Positions 12,647 through 24,051 of a stretch of 64,000 nt of DNA are shown here, in pieces. The stretch comes from Selaginella moellendorffii. Its lineage: Eukaryota > Plantae > Lycopodiophyta. How positions within the stretch are numbered: position 1 is the stretch's first letter; the number at the start of each line of letters is the position of its first letter. The translations under genes and the position numbers were made by a program. The notes under the pieces are model-generated. The model did not search any database. It was not told the origin of the DNA and saw only the letters and a program-made list of their open reading frames with translations. The DNA lies in assembly GCF_000143415.4 (NCBI RefSeq), contig NW_003314280.1:1655443-1719442 (forward strand), written 5' to 3'.

Positions 12647-13889
12647 TTGTCAAAATAAAACACACTTTTATTGCAAGTTCTCACGATCTTCATTGAATTT
12701 GAGTTGAATCTGCAAAGATTTGGTGAGGACAATCATCGTAGCGCGAGAAAAGAAACCTGTGCAAGTAGAGAATCGTGATTCGCGATCCTTCGGCGACCTG
12801 GCATAACAAGCGGACAGACATTTTCCTTTTCCTTGTGTTTTTTTTCGTAAGATGGCTGACCTGGCACTTCAGGAATTCTACAGCAAAAGTTCACATAGAA
12901 AGCGAACTCCATACCTGAAAGAATGGAAGCTTGTATGGCAAACTTAAGCTCAGTTCCTCCAGTGTTGGAAGCTGGATATTTGTCTGTGTGTGCTCTAAAA
13001 AGTTCAGGACGACAATGAAAGAAAGGAAGAGCTTGCCTCATCATCAGGGAATTTTTGGCGTCCGGACAGAAACAAACTTAATAGAGTGAATGAAAAACAC
13101 CACACACTGGAGATTCTTGCCGCTCCTGCTAGTCCATCCCCACATTTAGTTGCCGTAATGGGGCGAGAGTTAATCGAGTTCTGTTTTAGGGTTCTTGGAG
13201 TGAAATAGAATGGTGGAGGCCATTCGCAAAGGTAGTCGCATGTAAAGTAAGAAAAAGATTCCCCACCATCTATGTTTATTGATCTAAACTGTTCTTTCCG
13301 TGTATCACTCTCTCAACCTTTGAGCGAGCTTTTATCTGCATTGGATCTACGAGCTCAGAATTTTGTCAAGCAAAGCAGCGCAAGGTACATGGATCTCTTT
13401 GGAATTCTCATTTCTCTTTTCCCTGCGAGTATAGGCAGCGGCCGAATATGTAGTCGAAAAGGGGCTGGATACCAAAGGTGCCGAAGCAGCACGAACGCGA
13501 GAGCTAGTTTTAAATGGTTATTATTCCTTAATTTGTTTTAAGGGTGGTTGCTTTGACCAGATCTTCACATTTCCCATACATCGCGTCCGAGGCTGGATAG
13601 AGTTCCTGGAACTCGGAGGATTTACAGACAGTGGGAGCTCGGTCTCCAGTTCTCCAGATCTTTCTTCCTTGCGAGAAATCTCCCATGGCTGTGCAAGCAT
13701 TGGTCGCAGCAGCAAAAGCTAGTCTCCTTCTTTGCACCGATTTTCGCCGAGCAATCGCTTGAAAAGGCTCAACGCGGCTCGTTGACGCCATGCGCGACGT
13801 ACTCGACGATCATGGCTGTGGAGCACGACGAATCCGCGCAACACACTTTGAGAACATCTTGATCACTGCACAGCTGATTTTTATTCCTT

Positions 13890-14620
13890 TGAGACCGAGC
13901 TCCCACTGTCTGTAAATGTTCCTCCAAGCTCCAGGAACTCTATCCGGCCTCGGAACGAGCAAAAGGTCTCGGATGAACTCCTTCTAGAGCTTGCAAAGGA
14001 TTTTCATAGAGTTGCCAGCTTGAGCACACGCAGCTATGGCGGCGTTCCAAAACTTCTCTTCCATTCCCTCGACGTCTTCCACACTGCCGATTTCCCATAT
14101 GCCGGAATCAATCCATCCCAGCAGCATTCCTTCACAGAAAACTCTCCCAGCTCCACGGATTCGTGGATCACTCGGATGATCGCAGTGGCGCCCACAAGCC
14201 TCCACGATTGCGCAGAGCGTGAAGCTGCTGGGCTTGATCCCTTCCACCACCGCTTGCAATGCCTAAACAAAATCCCCGCTCTGGGAAATGCACGCTCCAC
14301 GAGAACGATTCCAGCATCGGTCGTGATTAATCCCGGAGATTCCTGTCGTCGATCACGCCAGCCCTCTTGGCGGCAACATCGCTCGCGCGCTTGGATTGCG
14401 AAATCAGCTCCACCTGGTTGCGTGTGACTCGCGCTTGCCGCTCCCTGCGAAGCTGCGCTGGATCGCGTGCGGACCATGGCGGATTTTGCTTCCCGCGACC
14501 TGCGATTCCCGCGCTTGCGATTCTCTCGCGACTGGAGGAGGATGTGATCCACGCGACGACGCACGCGGCTGGAGAAATGCGCGAAGCCTCTGTTTGTAGA
14601 GTTTTGGGTTCCACTCCACA
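13890..14620 (-). pseudogene. PPR (PLS-class) gene fragment
   Basis: Motif remnants WNAAIAACAQAG and GIKPSSFTLCAIVEAC, with frameshifts. Confidence 0.65.
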
Positions 14621-17299
14621 GAGAAGTGCTTTGTGATACGGATTGCTCCAGGCGACTTTGTGTTGCTGGCCCTAGGCAGGTGGGCTGTGTCTCTAGCACT
14701 AGCGGCCGCGTGTTACTTGGATTTCTCCTCTGATTTAGCCTTCTTCGGCGTCTACACCCTTGAGTGTTCATTAATTCGTTTTCACGGTATCCTTGTGCTA
14801 GTCGGTATGCTTCTGCGAGCTTGGTTGTAGGCAGAGTCCAACTCACTGGTCCGTGTAATATCTGTAGCACAAGTCTCAGGATTTCGCAAAAATCCTGAAC
14901 TTCGCCAAGATCCTGAATTCTGTCGAGTTCAGTCGCAAATTGATAAATTTGTGTTCCGATTGTTGTTCTTAAAGCTGCTGCAACCACTCTAGTACTTGAG
15001 CTATTTAAAACTAGTGTAATTGGGGTGAAGTCTTCTTGCTTATGGGCCCCAAGAAAATTTACGTATGTTTGCTGGAAGATGTGTCCTCTAAGGGTTCTTT
15101 CGCCAGCAAAGTGATCAAGCATTTCTTCATTTTTCCCTCTCTTTCTCTCGGGATTTCGGGATTTACTCAGGATCTTTCCTGGTCTTCCGGTTTTTCTTCT
15201 TGCTTTGGGGTTGTGTTTTCTTGGTCTTTGATCTTCAAGGCTGCTTTCTTATTGATGCAGTAGTTACATCTCTTATCTGGATAGCACACTATGTACGGCT
15301 TTGCACAGTTTTGAAATCCACACAGCAAGCAATCTTGGTATGGTGTGCAGCTCTTGTCTCTAAATGGGCAGTCGTGCCCCTCCATGCGTGTGGGCAGTTG
15401 CGTTGCTGCACATCTTCACTTTCGCAAATGCTGAGTTGCGAATTTATGAGTCCTTGGTCAAGGATCCTTAGAATATTCTTTGTCTTCAACCTTTGGCTGT
15501 GTAACGGTTTTGTAACCACCTTGGATTTCTTGGGAAAAATCCCAGTTTCTCTTTGCTTGAGTGCTTTCCAGCACTAACACTGTCTTCTAGTGCCTTTAAT
15601 CTTCGTGTTTCTTCATTTCTCTTTTGTTTCTTCCACATCACACCCTATTTCCTCCTTGTTCCTTTGTTCTGGGCTCGATCTTCTGGGTGTGATCAGTCTC
15701 CAGTGTCTCCCCTCATTGTGCTCTCAAACCCACCGTGGTCGCCAATGGAAAACACATGGAAAACCCACCCTTGCACAAGTCTTGCAAAGGGAGAAAAATC
15801 TAAACTACTTACTTGCGTTTCCTATGCTATTGGGAATTCCTGCGCCTCTTCCAGATCCCCAAAGCGTGGCAAGAATATGCCACTGATTATTCTGTGCACA
15901 CTTTGGGAATTTTTCTGAAAGTCTAATTCCTGAATGCATATTTCCTAAGCCACGGATTCCTGAGTGGTGCTTCCAGATTTTTAGTGCCTTTTTTCTATAG
16001 TATTATGCTTAGCAAATTACACATTATATTTCATTAGACTTTATAAGAGTAGTGAATTCTCATTAATCTTGACTTAGTCTTGATTAGTATATCCAATGTA
16101 ATTATTTGCAGTTGATATATTAGTATCCATACTATAGCCTAGTCCATTAAAAGGTTATATACCATATAAGTCCATCTCATAATCTTGAGTGTTAATTATG
16201 CATAGCTAGCGCTCAAAGGTATTAGCTAAACACATTAATAAACTTATTATAGTTGAGTTGGACTAAAGTAATCATTTTGTTTATACTTGTCCACATTCCT
16301 ATACATTGTACCTAGAGTGTTACTTTTCTATTGGATAAATATATAATTCAATGATATGAGTTTAGTGTTTGAGTCCTACAAAAGTGAGTTGAAGAATAAT
16401 TATTAGTTTCTAATGATTTTGTCAAGGATTATTAACACTATTTTTGCTTGATGATAATTTAGCAGTGATGAGTTTGTTTTACTAGATGGTATTGTTCAGG
16501 ATTGTATCATTAACCTTGTATGATTTTCCATATTGGTATATTAATTCCCCCTCTATTGATGTTACCTAGTTGCATTTAATTTGTGGTGTTGGATTTTATT
16601 AAGTCTTAGATGTAATGATTCACTCCTTGACATGATGTTGATAGCATTAAAGTGACATCTTGACATTGATATTATTGGAGCTGAAAGTGAAGTGAGATGC
16701 TTTGTTGTCTCCATGGGCATATTGAGGAAGTTGGATTTTCCATTTTTAGTGGTTCAGATGGTTGGTAAATAGTTGGGCTTAATAGAGATTAATATTTCAT
16801 TTCACTAGTCTCAATTAAAATAGTGTTGGTAGTTGGTTATACCTTTATTCATTAACATTTATGCATTTGTTAATTAACACTTATGTTAACATTCAAATGA
16901 ATTAAGTGGCAAGTTGAGTTAGTTTTGTTCTAGATGAGATTTCTTAATAAAGGTTGAGCTTTAGCTTTTCTTTAAAATATAATTTAGTCATAAATTATGC
17001 TAACTTTCCAAGAGAAAAAATTAAATTAGTGATCGACATTAAAGTTGTTAGTTCTTTGTTAGAATTACTGTGAGACACAAATCTCTAAGCCCCAAAGTGG
17101 AGCAAAAAGGGTGCCACATGGTGGTCAAAGTTGAAGCCAAACTAGCATAACACATTTAGACTAAAAACTCTAACTCAAAAAGTAGAAAGCAAGAGTGGAA
17201 CTCTCAATGAATTGCTTAAGGAACGAGCATGAAGCGATTAATAAGTGAGCCTCTAGAAAAGGGATATAAGAGGACTAACATATAACACATAGAAGTGTT

Positions 17300-17420
17300 G
17301 AGACTAAGTCCGAAATAGACCTGAGATAGAGTTTGAGAAGGAGTTTAAGATAGACTCAAGATAAAGTCTGAGAAAGAGTCTGAGATAGACTCGAAATGGA
17401 GTTTGAGTTGGAGTCCAAGA
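17300..17420 (+). repeat. Degenerate ~12-bp tandem repeat
   Basis: About 9-10 GAGATAGAGTYT-like units. Confidence 0.6.
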
Positions 17421-17818
17421 TGTGTAACACAATCTCACTGCTAAAAGATAGGCAATAATGAACACATTAGGCACTAAAAGCAAGCATGTCCAGATGCATT
17501 GGGCACATACTAAATGGAAGATAAGATGGATGTTCTTAACTCAGTCCTACATTAAGTTGGCGATCTGTTATTTCCCATAACTAGTGTGCTAATCAGTATA
17601 CGAAAGCTTAACAGAATTTTCTGTGTCTACAAACAGCACTGCTTCTTTGAAGCCATTGAATCCAAGTGTTCGATTGTAAAGTCTTTTGTGTAGGCAATGA
17701 AGTTCAACTTCAAATGCTCTACAGCTAGAATAAGAGTAATGTACGGATAATTCCCCTGTATAAATACCAAAGCCTTCCCTCCCAAGCATCTCTACATCGA
17801 TCAATCAATAACACCTCA

Positions 17819-18443
17819 ATGGCTAAGTTTTTCCAAGTTTTTGTTGTCGTATTGCAGTTTTTGCAATTGCCAATGTTGTAGTCGTGCGGGGTGATGAAGA
17901 TCCCCTCCAAGACGTCTGCGTTGAGGATCCCAACTCCAGAGTCTTCATCAATGGAGTTCCTTGCAAGGATCCCAGCACTGTGACCGCCAACGATTTCACC
18001 TCCACTATCCTCCACACTCTCAACATCATGGTCCAGCTGATCGATATCACAATGTTCCCAGGCCTCAACACGCAAGGACTCTCCATCGCCCGCCTCTCAT
18101 TCGGTCCATTCGGAGTGAATCCTCCCCACATCCATCCCTGATCATCCGAGGTCATATATTGCCTCTAGGGACGCATCTACATTGGGTTTGTGACAACTTC
18201 CAACAGGCTGTTCAAGAAGGTTTTGTATCCTGGGGACTTGTTTGTCTTTCCTTGAGGGCTTGTCCACTTCCAATGGAACCTTGACCCGGTCAGCGCTCTC
18301 GCGATCGCCACTCTTGGGAGTCAAAACCCTGATCACACGGGGCTCTTTTCCAAACTCCAGAATCTGGTAATCTGAACGAAGTGATCGAAGCAGCTGACGA
18401 GAAAGTGATTGAAGCCCTTCGCACTGGAGTGAGCCAGACTTGA
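17819..18443 (+). pseudogene. Germin-like protein (cupin) pseudogene
   Basis: DPLQDVC...NGVPCK, FPGLNTQGLSIAR, NPPHIHP*, GDLFVFP*GLVHFQ. Three stops and frameshifts. TATAAATA at 17759. Confidence 0.9.
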
Positions 18444-18590
18444 GCAAGAGTTCTATACTTAATTGTTAAAGGTAAGAAGAGGCAGTTCCCGAGTAGGGCG
18501 AGCACGTTCCCGCCCAGAATGGGCGAGCTGGGTGTTAGCCCGGTGAGCACGTTCTGGAGGGAACGAGCGAGCCTGTGCCTGGGAACGGCC

Positions 18591-18819
18591 TTAACGGGCT
18601 GTGGTGAGACTGTTAATGAACACATGGAAGAATGTTATTCGAGGATGAAAGAGTTTTCCAGAATTGGCAGTTGGTAGCCTGGTTCTCCAGAACTTAGCAG
18701 CTGGTAGCTGGGTTCTGGAAAACCTAGCAGTTGTCAGCCACGTTCTCGTAGAGAACCCGACTCGACCTGATGGCTGCCAACGGTTGGATCAAGTTAATGG
18801 GCAAGCCACAGCCCGTTAA
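18591..18819. mobile_element. MITE-like element
   Basis: Perfect 14-bp terminal inverted repeat TTAACGGGCTGTGG/CCACAGCCCGTTAA and internal ~30-bp tandem repeats. Confidence 0.55.
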
Positions 18820-18889
18820 AGGAAAGTTCTGTTTTTCTTAAGAAATATAAATTTATTAAATTAAAAAAATCCTTAAAGGATATGCGGCT

Positions 18890-19615
18890 GTGGAGTGGAA
18901 CTTAAAACTCTACGGCTTCGCCGTCGCGTGGATCACATCCTCCTCCAGTCGCGAGAGAATCGCAAGCGCGGGAATCGCAGGTCGCGGGAAGCAAAATCCG
19001 CCATGGTACGCACGCGATCCAGCTTAGCTTCGCAGGGAGCGGCAAGCGCGGAGCTGATTTCGCAATCCAAGCGCGCGAGCGATGTTGCACGGGCGCTGGA
19101 TTCCGCCAAGAGGGCTGGCGTGATCGACGACAGGAATCTCCGGGATTAATCACGACCGATGCTGGAATCGTTCTCGTGGAGCGTGCATTTTCCCAGAGCG
19201 GGGATTTTGTTTAGGCATTGCAAGCGGTGGTGGAAGGGATCAAGCCCAGCAGCTTCACGCTCTGCGCAGTCGTGGAGGCTTGTGGGCGCCACTGCGATCA
19301 TCCGAGTGATCCACGAATCCGTGGAGCTGGGAGAGTTTTCAGTGCTGGGATGGATTGATTCCGGCGCATGGGAAATCGGCAGTGTGGAAGACGCGAGGAA
19401 AAATTTGGAGGGAATCGAAGAGAAGTTTTGGAACGCCGCCATAGCTGCGTGTGGTCAAGCTGGCGACTCTAAGAAAATCCTTTGCAAGCTCTGGAAGGAG
19501 TTCCTCCGAACAGGGAAACTTTCCTCCAGACCTTTTGCTCCTTCCGAGGCCGGATAGAGTTCCTGGAACTTGGAGGAACATTTACAGACAGTGGGAGCTC
19601 GGTCTCAACGGAATG
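18890..19615 (+). pseudogene. PPR gene fragment (mirror copy)
   Basis: GSVEDARKNLEGIEEKFWNAAIAACGQAG. Inverted copy of 13890-14620. Confidence 0.65.
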
Positions 19616-19990
19616 AAAATCAGCTGCGCAGTGATCAAGATGTTCTATATCCAGCTTCCAACACGGGAGGAACTGAACTTAAGTTTGCCATACAAGCTTC
19701 CATTCTTTCAGGTATGGTGTTCGCTTTATGTCTTGTTTTTCTTAAACTTTTGCTGTAGAATTCCTGAGGTGCGAAGTCAGCCATCTTACGAAAAACAAAC
19801 ACAAGGAAAAGGAAAAAGTCTGTCCGCTTGTTATTCCAGGTCGCCGAAGGATCGCGAATCACGATTCTCTACTTGCAGAGGTTTCTTTTCTCGCGCTGCG
19901 AAGATTGTCCTCACCAAATCTTTGCAGATTCAACTCAAATTCAATGAAGATCGTGAGAACTTGCAATAAAAGTGTGTTTTATCTTGACAA

Positions 19991-21508
19991 TCAAATGTAT
20001 GCCTGTGGGTTCAAGCGTGTGGACGGCACCAGCCTGAGTGGAGAAGCTCTGGGAACAGTAAGACCAAACTTCTCCGCCATGTCCAACTCTTTGCCATCCG
20101 GCGCAGCCCAGTCAAACGCATGAAGCAAGCTTCCGAGCACGAACTGGACGGTGGTAGTCCCCAGGAGGATCCCCGGGCAGCTCCTCCTTCCCGATCCAAA
20201 CGGCAGCAATTCGAAGCTCTGGCCTCTTACATCGATGTCCGGCTGCCGAAGAAACCGCTCGGGATCAAACTTGAGAGGCTCGTCCCACCACCTGGGGTCC
20301 CTCGCTATGGCATAGACATTGACGAGCGCGTGAGTTCCTGCTGGAATCACGTAACCCTCCAGCTCGCAAGCTTGGATGGATTGGTGGGGAATGCTCAGGG
20401 GCCCTGGAGGGTGGAGGCGCAGTGTTTCCTTGACGATGGCTTGGAGGAAAGTCAACTTTGGAAGATCAATCTCGTCTAGAGCCCGGTTCTCTCCGACAAC
20501 CTCTTTGAGCTCCTCCTGAACTTGAAACACCATTGCTGGATTGTTTACGAGCTCGGCTAGAGCCCACTCCACCGTGACAGCAGCAGTGTCGGTCCCAGCA
20601 GCGATCATATCCTACGAAGTTACGTCAATGACGGGAAGAACAAGGAACCGTTTACATACCAGGCAGAGAGCTTTGATGGAAGTATCGCTGAGATCTTTTG
20701 CGGCCAACATCATGTCCAGGAAATCTCTGTTGGTTCCCGGCTGCTGGCGGTGCTCGACGATCTGCTTGGCCAGATACTCGTCCAGCTGCTTGTGGATCGA
20801 GGAGATCTTCTTGGCTTGGCCGTCCATCCATCCCAAATACGGGAAGAAGTCGGCCAGAGTGTTACTTCCAGCCACCGTGAACGCCTCCACGATCAAGTTT
20901 TTGAACCTCACAGCGAGTTCCCTCTCGGCAGAGCTTCCGGTGGAGTAGCTTCTGTTCATCACCATCCTCGTCATGAAGTTGAAAGTGAGATCCAGGAGCT
21001 TAGATGTCAGCTCCACGGGATTTGTATGGGAACTTTGGAGCTCCTTCAAGAGCATGGACATCTCCGTCTTCCGGACTTGCTGGAACATCACAACGCGCTT
21101 GGCAGTGAGGAGCTCCAGAGTGCACAGCTTCCGGACGCTCCTCCAGTGATCGCCATAGGCAGCCCAGACCATCCCAGCTCCCCCATACCCGAAGTTCTCG
21201 CCGGTAATCGTCCTGGGCCTGGAAGAGAAGACGTGATCTTGCGTCTTGAGGAGCTCCCTGGCGGTCTCGGCAGTGGAGACGACGAGCGTGTTGTGGATGC
21301 CGAGCTTGAGGAGCATGAGGCCGCCATATCTCTGGGAGAGCTTCTGCAAGGACTGGTGGGGGAGCTTACCAAGGAGATGGAGATGGCCAAGGATTGGAAG
21401 TCCTGGAGGAGATGGAGGCGATTTGCTACCGCTGCCTCGGTTATCACTGACAAGCTTAAGGAAGATGAGAGCAATGAAGAACGCAAAACCAATCCAAAGG
21501 AACTCCAT
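19991..21508 (-). CDS. Cytochrome P450, CYP71 clan (A-type), intact, ~489 aa, 2 exons (21508-20660, 20611-19991)
   Basis: N-terminal anchor, PPSPPGLP, WRxxR, AGTDT, ETLR, PERF, PFGSGRRSCPG. 48-bp phase-0 GT-AG intron. Confidence 0.95.
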
Positions 21509-22964
21509 TGATTTTTTTCAGGCACTCGCTGGAAGTATGAACACCACTGCAATGTGACGACAATCGTTGGCGGAGTATGCAAAGAGAAATAGAAAGCCTA
21601 TCCACTCTGCGTGTTACACTCTAATCGCTGGAGACTGAGAGGCATGGCATGAAAAATATCTAGAAATTTCAAAGTATAGATCTTCCAGTCCACTTTAATG
21701 TTCATAGTCCATATTAACGATACAAAAAAAAAAAAGGCTACAAAAATGTGTTAAGTATTAAGGATAAAAAAACTCAATCTCTTATGAAACTGACTTTTTA
21801 TCCTTAGTAAAACTTAACATATGATGTTCCTCAAACGCATTAGTTAGCAGCATCATATTTCACTCTATGTTATAATACTAATAATATTAATATTAACAAT
21901 ATAGACTAAATAATCAAATGGAGAAGACAGTGGTCGGGAAGATATTAGCACTATTGCCAGTGACCTCCTTACAAAGTGAAGAGCAAAGAAACTTTTTACA
22001 ATTGAAGCTTTCTAGTATTAATGTATACATGGATCCTAGTTCGGGATCTTTCTTTTACGTGTCCATAAGTCATGACAGTTGCCGTTGCAGCATGTGCAGC
22101 AAGGTCAGACTTTTCCATGCAATTATAAATGGGTTTCTCTTTACTGCCTAAGTTTGTGTTGGAAGTCTTTCTTCTCAGGCTGGGAGCAAAGATAAACACG
22201 CTTCCGTGCCCCCATGTAAATAAGGGGCTCAAGATTTATCAGTAACTTATAGAGCATGCTGTGCTGTGCTGCTGCACTGCTAGACTGTGCTACCATGAAG
22301 CATACAACCCCTCGTCTCTTTTCCTCATTTTTTTCTCTCTCCTCTCCTTGTTCTGCTCTTCAGTGTCCAATTCCTAGTAGTTAAGAGATTCTCGTTCTTT
22401 TTTTTGCACCACTGCACAATTTAGACACATCTAGTTCTCATGGCAAACGAGCACATAAAGTTTTGTGGATTATGCCCTAAAATGCTGCAATCCAATTATC
22501 AATTTGGTTCTTTCTCTTGCTTTTATGGTTGATTTTGATGTAGTTTTGTATTTTTTTCTTTGATCATATTGCCATCTAGTGATGATTGAGCTTAGAACCT
22601 TGCCATGAATCTGAAGTAAATTCTTTTGTATATAGTTTGAAATTTATTCAACTGTAAAACTTCATCTTTCTTTTTGTTCTCCTTTTTTAATTTCCAAGCA
22701 AATTTCAAACTTAATCTTTCTTTCTTTTTACTCAACCTCAAGCCTCTTTTGTAGGATCTTCAATAGAAGTTTCCTCCCTTTAACTTTCTGGTTTAAGGTT
22801 TTTAACATCATCACTATGGTTTCATTTTACTATTTCACTATTTGCATATATGTTGTTAACTATCACTTTATAAAAGAGCCTTTGATGAATATTTTATCCC
22901 CATTTATCCCTTATAGTTCCAAGAATTTATGGTGACAATATATTCAAATATCATTTTATGATTA

Positions 22965-23250
22965 CATGCTTTACAAAAATAAAGATTTAATATGCACTCA
23001 AAATCTTTTATGAGAACCAACTTTTTGTATTTGGCAAAATGGTATTAAATGGAGTTTCACATAATTTCAACATACTAGTAGTTTAACACAAAGACATGGG
23101 TACCTCATCAATTAACATGGTATAGAACTTGAGTTTAAACCTAAATTGAATGTAAATTAAAAAATAATATAGCTTAGCGAAAGCTAAATTAATGTCTCAA
23201 GTGGTCAACTATACTTTTGACCACTATCCTTACTATACATTTAGAGTAAA
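22965..23250. mobile_element. Highly decayed LTR remnant of family A
   Basis: Colinear with 46097-46385 (GCAAAATGGTATT, GGGTACC, CCACTATCCYTACTATACATTT). Differences are mostly C>T/G>A. Confidence 0.65.
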
Positions 23251-24051
23251 ACAATAATATCATGGCTAAAAGGATATAGGATAAGTCACCTTGGATATAA
23301 AGGGAAAATTTAAGCCCTTTAAGAACAAATGAGGACCAATGAACTTGATGGTATTCAAATAAAGTATCACTCCACCTGGGCTAGGAGCATTATAGTTAAT
23401 TTTCTTTTTAAAAGTATGAGTTACTCTTAAGCATTTTTTTAAAAAGCCTTTTTAACAACCTTTCCACAACTCCAACCCTAACCCAAACATGTTTTAAAAC
23501 TACCATTTGAAAGTTTTTTCCATAATGTACTATCCTTATTACTTTTGAAATGCTATATCCCATCAACCTAATTTCGGTTTGGAACGCCCCATCCCATCAA
23601 CCTTTTTTGGGACCACAAGTGGATCAACTTATTGATGGATTATGATTGAATTTAAATCACTTTTTTAAAAAAAGATGGCATAGCTGCATATGCCTCATGA
23701 ATCACATTTTGATTGTTATTATAACAATCAAAACATGATTGTGCAATAAGCAAAACACAAAAAAAATTCTTGCATATGAGTTTAAAAAAATATAAAAATG
23801 CGCAATCACAAATTAATTGCTATATAAATCCAGTAAAGAGGTCTTCCACTCCCCATATTAATGATCTGATCTGGAATTCCAAACCATGTTACAGATCTGA
23901 AATATTCAATCCAACAATCCATCTCATCCAATAAGGGGAACGGAACTAATATTTTATCAAGGATTCTAAAAAAAGGGAAAATAATAGTTCAGACTCTCTT
24001 TCCATTTACAAAATGAGTATACAAGAAAAGCAATTAAGAATGAAACTTGGG

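Larger units (their letters stand above)
11450..21710. repeat. Inverted segmental duplication: arms ~11450-14621 and ~18889-21710
   Basis: Promoter, P450, 3' flank and PPR fragment all match in reverse complement. The left arm has an extra ~870 bp (12979-13850). Confidence 0.9.

Noticed and set aside
14034-15122. 362-aa ORF as a single gene
   Set aside because: It crosses the duplication breakpoint at ~14621, and its distal half is off-frame PPR remnant.
20750-21511. Long antisense ORFs over the P450s, transporter and PGDH
   Set aside because: Shadows of GC-rich codon usage on the coding strand.
21918-22232. Short ORFs upstream of the P450
   Set aside because: No recognisable homology or splice structure.
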